Shown in pieces: positions 58,084-64,000 of a DNA stretch of 64,000 bases. Source of the stretch: an uncultured virus (IMG/VR IMGVR_UViG_3300027360_000001) (lineage: Duplodnaviria; Heunggongvirae; Uroviricota; Caudoviricetes). Where the stretch lies: the IMG/VR virus record IMGVR_UViG_3300027360_000001. One strand, 5' to 3'. Both the position numbers and the translations under genes were made by a program. Under the pieces are notes generated by a model, which saw only the letters and a program-made list of their open reading frames with translations, ran no database searches and had not been told where the DNA came from. Positions within the stretch are counted from its first letter, which is position 1; each line of letters starts with the position of its first letter.

Positions 58084-59931
58084 TCAACCTGTTGCTTTTT
58101 GAACCCATGTGTAAGTATCTGCTGCTGTCTTCATGCAGATATATTCCTTGTCAGCGACGCCAGTTCCACCTTGTAAGATAATGGTACGACTTCTATCAAA
58201 AGAAGTAGCTGACGGCAATGAAGTGTAATAATATTCGCCAATGTTCTTTTCGCGAATCAACTTTGTTAAAGTTGTATTTTCACTCACAAGAACAGCGGCA
58301 GAAGAACCTACACTCATATCACAAATGTTATTACTGATATTAAGTACATCATAGTTTGATTTAACTCGTATACCGTTACTTGCATTAGAGGAAACAGCGG
58401 TTACGTTATTGTTTAATACGGCAACGTTTTTCCATGTTTTGCTCGTTTCTGTATCAAGTAAAACTCCACAACCCCAAGCACTTGAACCGTAATTCACGAT
58501 ATTTCTTTGTATAGTGGAATTCTCAATACCTACGATGGTTATTCCTTGTGCTGATGCGCTAATTGTATTGCCTGATATGTTTGAAGCACTTAATTTCTTT
58601 GTGTAAATCCCATTTGCGACATTGTTAAAAATATTATCGGAAATAACAAGGTTTGTGATGGGATTTGCTACTTCATCCGCTTTAATCCCGTAATCACAGC
58701 CGACAACTAAGTTACCGCTTATAGTGATGTTTTTATCAGCTATTTCCATTAATTTAATACCGAAAATAGATGTTGCATTTGCTCGTTTGTCTGCTGCAAA
58801 TACTTTATTATTTACAATTTTCCAGTTACGACCTCTTGCCCATAAACCACCAGTATTCCCGTAACTTTTACCAACGTCATAAATGATATTGCCAATCATC
58901 TCCACTTTGTCAGCAGAACCATGCACATCAAGTCCCATCAACTGCGGATCATATACATAGTTGTTATTAATGAAAAGGCTGTCGCTTCGATGGGTGTTAT
59001 CCCCTCCTGCGACGCCATGTTTGCATTTAATCATCGTGTTGCTTTCAACCTTGATATTATGACCGGAGATGTAGATTCCATATCCTAAAATCTGAGTATC
59101 ATCAAGGAACTCTTCACAGTAGTTACGAGCTGCGTAACCATTGAAACAACTATGAAGCCAGATTCCCATATAACACTGACCGCCACCGTATAACTTACAA
59201 TCAGTTACAGTAACATTCATGCAATATTTAATCCATATTCCAATTTCTTTACTGTCGTATTTTAATTGAAAGTCTAAGCCTTTGATTGTGATGTTTTTAA
59301 TGGCTCTAATTACATTTACTTTCACATTATCTGTCGTGATAGATAAACTGTTTTCGATTCCACTGTCCAATGTTAATTGATTTCCGTTTATAGCCTTAAC
59401 ATATCGAATAGAGCCTAAAAAGTAGTTTGAAGAACCTGAGTTTCCTTCGTACTTACTCGTGGTGACAAGTATGAAGTCTCCAACTTGTATATTAGATACA
59501 TCAGAAAAAGAAATTGTGTAGTCTCCTTTAGTAATATCTGCTGTTGGGACAATGTTACTTCTCACTACTGTAGGATTTGCGAAAATCATTGTGGAAGCGG
59601 CTAAATCAGCAGTTACAGGGAGATTGGAAACTAATGTAGCTTGATCCCCTGATAAAGTTACATTGCTAACATTTAATGTAATCTGATCAACTAAGTAACG
59701 CCCTTTTGGGAAAAATACAGTTCCTCCCCCTAATCCAGCAACATAGTTTATTGCATTTTGAATAGCTAGTGTATCGTTTGTAGTTCCGTCACCTTTGGCC
59801 CCGAAATCTTTAATGTTAATAATTAATTCACTAACGCTTTTAGTTAATGAACGTGCTGACGTTCCTAATTCCGTCAGATTCCCGATCTTGTCGGAAAGCT
59901 CCGATGGTTTATTCCATTGTTTCCCGATCAT
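58084..59931 (-). CDS. Pectate_lyase_3 / right-handed beta-helix protein (tailspike-like)
   Basis: NIKDFGAKGDGTTNDTLAIQNAI...GGGTVFFPKGRY; many parallel beta-helix repeats. Confidence 0.85.
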   Translation of the reverse strand: MIGKQWNKPSELSDKIGNLTELGTSARSLTKSVSELIINIKDFGAKGDGTTNDTLAIQNAINYVAGLGGGTVFFPKGRYLVDQITLNVSNVTLSGDQATLVSNLPVTADLAASTMIFANPTVVRSNIVPTADITKGDYTISFSDVSNIQVGDFILVTTSKYEGNSGSSNYFLGSIRYVKAINGNQLTLDSGIENSLSITTDNVKVNVIRAIKNITIKGLDFQLKYDSKEIGIWIKYCMNVTVTDCKLYGGGQCYMGIWLHSCFNGYAARNYCEEFLDDTQILGYGIYISGHNIKVESNTMIKCKHGVAGGDNTHRSDSLFINNNYVYDPQLMGLDVHGSADKVEMIGNIIYDVGKSYGNTGGLWARGRNWKIVNNKVFAADKRANATSIFGIKLMEIADKNITISGNLVVGCDYGIKADEVANPITNLVISDNIFNNVANGIYTKKLSASNISGNTISASAQGITIVGIENSTIQRNIVNYGSSAWGCGVLLDTETSKTWKNVAVLNNNVTAVSSNASNGIRVKSNYDVLNISNNICDMSVGSSAAVLVSENTTLTKLIREKNIGEYYYTSLPSATSFDRSRTIILQGGTGVADKEYICMKTAADTYTWVQKATG

Positions 59932-59932
59932 A

Positions 59933-60175
59933 CTATCGAGCCTCCCTCACGTACCCTCTAAACGCTCCTGTCGCCGTAATCATAACGCTGCTAAACGGGT
60001 CGATACGCTCATCGAAATACTCGCCCGGCTTCAGCGTGAACGTAAAAAACTTCGTGGCGAACGTTACGTCCGCCGCGCCATCGTTGATAATAAAGAGCTC
60101 CTCACGTTCCCCATTAAACGTTACTGTTGCGTTGGCGCTACCGCTGAACGGCTCGCGTGCTATCGTGTCCTTCAT
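59933..60175 (-). CDS. Hypothetical protein
   Basis: GAGGGG RBS; between endolysin and the beta-helix gene. Confidence 0.55.
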   Translation of the reverse strand: MKDTIAREPFSGSANATVTFNGEREELFIINDGAADVTFATKFFTFTLKPGEYFDERIDPFSSVMITATGAFRGYVREAR

Positions 60176-60203
60176 TCGAATTCCCCCTCGTTTCTACTTC
60201 GTA

Positions 60204-61121
60204 TCATTTCGCCTCGGTATACGTTAATCCGTATCCGCGTCCTTGTAACTCGACAACCAACTGCGCTGTACGCGGGTGTGTCGTGTGAATCACGAATTTA
60301 TACGGATCCCCCTCCGATGGCTTCTCGTTCGGTCCGTACGTTTTGAACGCAACACCCTCGCATTTGAAGCCGCGATTCTCGAATTCGATTACGAGAGCCT
60401 TCGCTTGCCAAAACGCTGTATTCGGGATGACTACGTCGTACGGCATGTTGTCCTTAAGAGCCGCCATCGTAGCAGGCCCTACTACTCCGTCCACTTCTAA
60501 ACTGTTATCCGATTGAAATTTACGAACTTGAGCGTCAGTCTTATCGCCGAATTCCCCGTCAACTTCGCCCACATCGTACCCTGCTTTGTTGAGTAACGTT
60601 TGAAGTTCCTTCACAGCGTCTCCGCTATCGCTTTTCTCGAGATACCCTTTATTGGATACAGGCGCAGAAGCTGCCGACGTGTACGGTTTGATTTTCTCGC
60701 CTTCTACTACGTTATATAACTCGAAATGCGGATAGTCTTTGAACGATTTCCAGTCGCCGCCCCATTCGAAGCCCCTCGCTTTCATCGCGGCTACGACTTT
60801 TTTGAACTCCGCGTTTACCTCCCAAACCACATCGGAGCCGTCCGCGTTATACAAGCAAAGGTCGACCGCCACGCCGAAATTGTGATTCGATTGTCCGCCC
60901 TTCGCGTTCGTCACGACCTTACCTGACGTTGTTCTGCCTTGTGCGTATAGAGCGTTCTGTTCCGCAATAGAGCGATACCCTTGCGCTACGCATACGTAGA
61001 TGCCTTGCGCGTGCATCTCCGCAATAACCTGGCGCGTTTTCTCCGCTGTCTCTACGTTCATGCCCGCATCGGATAGCTTGCGGTTCGCTTTCGTCAGTAA
61101 AGATTCGAGTGTCATCGCCAT
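60204..61121 (-). CDS. Endolysin: M15 L-Ala-D-Glu peptidase with PG-binding domain
   Basis: GYRSIAEQNALYAQGR, SNHNFGVAVD, WGGDW, DYPHFE; DGVVGPAT. Confidence 0.93.
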   Translation of the reverse strand: MAMTLESLLTKANRKLSDAGMNVETAEKTRQVIAEMHAQGIYVCVAQGYRSIAEQNALYAQGRTTSGKVVTNAKGGQSNHNFGVAVDLCLYNADGSDVVWEVNAEFKKVVAAMKARGFEWGGDWKSFKDYPHFELYNVVEGEKIKPYTSAASAPVSNKGYLEKSDSGDAVKELQTLLNKAGYDVGEVDGEFGDKTDAQVRKFQSDNSLEVDGVVGPATMAALKDNMPYDVVIPNTAFWQAKALVIEFENRGFKCEGVAFKTYGPNEKPSEGDPYKFVIHTTHPRTAQLVVELQGRGYGLTYTEAK

Positions 61122-61333
61122 TAGATGCCGCCTCCTTTGTTGTCGTCGCTAAACCCTTTCGTATCCGTGTCCGGGTTATTCACGATACCCAAGAGCACGG
61201 CAATTTCGAGCACGCGATCGATTATTTGATTCCATACGCCCAGGTCGACGTCGACGCCGCTCGACTTCAGCGATAGTAAAAACAACGAAGCGACAGATAC
61301 CCACAGGCCGTAGTTTTTTAGTCGATTGTTCAT
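61121..61333 (-). CDS. Holin
   Basis: RLKNYGLWVS...LGIVNNP; two TM segments; precedes the endolysin. Confidence 0.85.
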   Translation of the reverse strand: MNNRLKNYGLWVSVASLFLLSLKSSGVDVDLGVWNQIIDRVLEIAVLLGIVNNPDTDTKGFSDDNKGGGI

Positions 61334-61351
61334 CGTAATGCCTCCTTCGTA

Positions 61352-61690
61352 TTACTTAAAATAAGCGACGAGCAGCGATAAAGCAGCCACCGCGATACCC
61401 ACCCACGATGACACTTGCGCCGCGCTCGCCCGCTTGTCGTTTTGCTGGTCGGTTTGTATAGCGGTTATCTCACCACGCACCGCCTTAATCTCATCGCGTA
61501 ATTCCTTCAATTCTCCCCGAGTTTCTTGAATGTCCTGATCACGACTTCGAAACATCTCCGTGGCTTCGTTACGAGTTAAGAAATTGGTCGACCACGTATC
61601 TAACTTCGCCTCCATACGAATAACAACGGCATTCATCTGCTCCACGTGCGCCTCCATCTTCGCCAATCTCTCGTAATCCTTCGGGTCCAT
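61352..61690 (-). CDS. XhlA-like lysis-associated membrane protein
   Basis: Coiled coil with a C-terminal TM helix; upstream of the holin. Confidence 0.55.
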   Translation of the reverse strand: MDPKDYERLAKMEAHVEQMNAVVIRMEAKLDTWSTNFLTRNEATEMFRSRDQDIQETRGELKELRDEIKAVRGEITAIQTDQQNDKRASAAQVSSWVGIAVAALSLLVAYFK

Positions 61691-61750
61691 GACGCACCTC
61701 CTTTCGTATATGAACACGAAAAAGACACGCTGATTTAGCGTGCCTATTCG

Positions 61751-63952
61751 TTAGTACAACAATTGAACGGTTCCGGTGCTGTCCTTGAATTTCAGCTTAT
61801 TATCTGCGGAATCGATAAACAGTTGCCCGTTCGCAGCAGAGGCGGCGGTCATTGCTGTTAATCCCAACGCTATTACCGTCTTCGTGCCTGCGTTATCGTA
61901 TGTGCTAGGCGTGTTTCCTTCGAGTATCGCCCCGTTCGTAATGTCCGTCGAGAGCGTTCCGGAGAACGAAAGCTCCGCTGTGGACCCGTTAGATTTAACA
62001 ACGTTCTGGAACATACGTAGTGCCGAAGATGACCTAAGCTGAATACCGTTTGTAGCATACCCTTCGATTTCGTTGGCTTCGACTCGGTAAAAACGCGTCG
62101 GCGCTTGGCTTCCGTAAATACCGCGATCAAACGAACCTCTAATCCGACAGTTCCGAACGCTTAGGTCTGTTGGCGCTGTTACCTCTGCTACACGAAGCGC
62201 CCCCGCTAGCCCGCCGTTAGGTGTGACTGTAACGCTGCTATCGAGGCCATCCACATCGATAATTCCTTGCGCGTCAATGTGTACGATTGCATTGCCTCGG
62301 ATTTTCACGTTTTTCACGTAGATGTCTTTCGGCAAAGCGACTGCGGTGGCCCCGTCCGCCATTTCAGCACGGCATAATATCGCGTACAGAAACGTGCCTG
62401 ACCCGTAGTTTTCGATAGTGCCGCCTTCGATACGGAAGTCCTCCGCGCCCCTTGCTACGCCTACCGCGTATTTGTTATTCGTGCGGATATGCGGATTAAT
62501 AACGCGCATACCTTTCGAGTACGTCTTCATGCCGATTGCGATGCCCTCGCCGCGATATGTCGGATTGATAATCGTGTAATCGTAGTCCGCGTTAAAATCT
62601 TGGTTCCCCATCGCCCAGCCTTCCGAGTTGCTGTCCACGCCGACCACCGTGTCGTCCACGCTTTTCGCCCGTTTAGACCCCAATCCGTGCGTGTAAAAGC
62701 TGACGCCATACGGGTACAGGCTGTAGTTCTTCGAGGACACCCCGTCATATGAACGCGACCAGTCGACTAAGTGGCGAACGTGCTTACCGAAGTTGCCTTC
62801 GAAAACGCCTCCCGAGCTGTTATCGAGCTTAATCATATACCCGTGACCGCCCGACTGAGGACGGAAAGGATCGTACGCCTGATTGTTCCGAGCGATCGGC
62901 TGAATGCAACGATGAAAGTTAATCGCGTGAAGCTGCCATCTATCGAAAATACAACGCTCTACTTTCGGCTCAAAGCAATATTGGAACTGCAGAATATGCG
63001 GATCGCCTGCGTTCGCAGTGGATGACGCACTGCCTGGGTCGACCTCGGTAATCTTAGCGAACCCGCGCACCGTAGGCTGTTTTAATACCTTCGTAATTTT
63101 TTGGATAGTAGGCGTGGTGTCGTACGTCCATTCAAGCGGCCTTGCCAGTGTGAGCGTATCAGTGCTTACCGCCGTTACCAGGTTAACCTCCCAACGCCCC
63201 GTATACGTAAACCCCGTACCGTCCCACGAAGGAGTTTGTTTACTGTCGCCAATAACGACATAATCTCCGTTCGCAAAGTTTGAGCCATCCCCAGTAGTAA
63301 GCGCAATCTGCGTCGCCCGTTCGTTAATCGTAGCGGGAATATTGTACGACGTGCCGAGCGTTCCTTTAAACCAAATCGCAGGCGCACCGGTTACTCCGCT
63401 TGTCGTCGGGTCAACGGTAGCGGTTGCGCCGTTCCCGTTAAGGTCGAGCGACTTCGTAGCGACAAGGTTAGACCACGTATATGAAACGCTCGGGTCGAAA
63501 ATAAGTTCCGCGTATTCTACCGCCGCGTCAATCGCACGCTGAATCCGTGCCGTGTCGTCCGTCTCGGCGCCTAGCCTCGGGTACTTTTCGATGTATACCT
63601 TGCTTTTGTCTACAGCCGCAAGTTTATCGTAATTTTCGTTAATAGCGGCTTTTATCGTCTGTGCTACCGTCTTCAGCGTGTCAGAGCCGATTGCGCTCGC
63701 ATTCGCTGTCGCCTTTGCGTCCGCTGTCTGTGTCGCCGTGTCTGCGAGATCAAGCCTCGTCCGCAGGGTGGGCTCCCCACCGCGAGCGTCCACGACCTCG
63801 GCACTCGAATCGCCTGCGCTTACCACGATGTTGTTAATTCGAGAATCCTGCGCGTTCAGTTCCGTCTCAATATCCGTAAAGTTCGCGTTTAAATCATTGC
63901 GCCATGCCCGATTCAACCACGTACCGAGCTGGCGGAGTATTATGTTTGCCAT
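61751..63952 (-). CDS. Tailspike / receptor-binding protein with beta-helix
   Basis: N-terminus paralogous to 572..2338; DDTARIQRAID motif; beta-helix repeats. Confidence 0.75.
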   Translation of the reverse strand: MANIILRQLGTWLNRAWRNDLNANFTDIETELNAQDSRINNIVVSAGDSSAEVVDARGGEPTLRTRLDLADTATQTADAKATANASAIGSDTLKTVAQTIKAAINENYDKLAAVDKSKVYIEKYPRLGAETDDTARIQRAIDAAVEYAELIFDPSVSYTWSNLVATKSLDLNGNGATATVDPTTSGVTGAPAIWFKGTLGTSYNIPATINERATQIALTTGDGSNFANGDYVVIGDSKQTPSWDGTGFTYTGRWEVNLVTAVSTDTLTLARPLEWTYDTTPTIQKITKVLKQPTVRGFAKITEVDPGSASSTANAGDPHILQFQYCFEPKVERCIFDRWQLHAINFHRCIQPIARNNQAYDPFRPQSGGHGYMIKLDNSSGGVFEGNFGKHVRHLVDWSRSYDGVSSKNYSLYPYGVSFYTHGLGSKRAKSVDDTVVGVDSNSEGWAMGNQDFNADYDYTIINPTYRGEGIAIGMKTYSKGMRVINPHIRTNNKYAVGVARGAEDFRIEGGTIENYGSGTFLYAILCRAEMADGATAVALPKDIYVKNVKIRGNAIVHIDAQGIIDVDGLDSSVTVTPNGGLAGALRVAEVTAPTDLSVRNCRIRGSFDRGIYGSQAPTRFYRVEANEIEGYATNGIQLRSSSALRMFQNVVKSNGSTAELSFSGTLSTDITNGAILEGNTPSTYDNAGTKTVIALGLTAMTAASAANGQLFIDSADNKLKFKDSTGTVQLLY

Positions 63953-64000
63953 CCGTTATCCCTCCGTTAAAACAAGTTCCCGATTTACTACGCGATACCT

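Noticed and set aside
572..63952. Diversity-generating retroelement or invertible shufflon for the tailspikes
   Set aside because: No reverse transcriptase and no adenine-specific TR/VR pair; cassette sites flank co-oriented genes with no silent inverted alternatives
1..64000. tRNA genes; stop-codon reassignment
   Set aside because: No cloverleaf with T-loop/CCA recognised by eye (tRNAscan-SE not run); core genes are intact in the standard code

Overview
The window is most of a Bacillota (probably Bacillaceae-infecting) siphovirus-type phage genome of at least 64 kb, almost entirely on the minus strand. It appears circularly permuted: it begins inside a Tal-like tail gene, and tail and lysis genes resume at the far end. 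Modules present: tail (Dit, tape measure, chaperone with a -1 frameshift, major tail protein), head (major capsid, scaffold, portal, TerL, TerS), and DNA replication (family A polymerase, DnaB-like helicase, TOPRIM primase, DnaC-like loader, SSB, RuvC). It also carries nucleotide metabolism genes (nrdI, nrdE, nrdF, thyX, dUTPase, dNMP kinase, thioredoxin), PhoH, a C5 methyltransferase, an FtsK plus replication-relaxation module, a lysis cassette, three beta-helix tailspike-like genes and about six free-standing homing-type endonucleases. nrdF is split by an ORF-less group I intron. No full-length integrase, tRNA, CRISPR array or reverse transcriptase was seen. The most striking unexplained structures are: (1) a 1.4-kb ORF-free locus (about 30.8-32.1 kb) in which a ColE1-RNAI-like antisense RNA appears to control an attenuator gating a roughly 430-nt structured non-coding RNA, a candidate Rep-less RNA-based plasmid-prophage replicon; (2) a degenerate palindromic site (about CARAAT-N4-ATTYKG) that bounds AT-rich single-gene cassettes and the swapped C-terminal domains of two tailspikes, a candidate integron-like cassette system, possibly served by a minimal tyrosine recombinase; (3) a divergent promoter locus with DnaA boxes and small RNAs; (4) two genome-wide regulatory motifs, a phage-sigma promoter and a palindromic operator. 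All calls come from manual reading without database searches.
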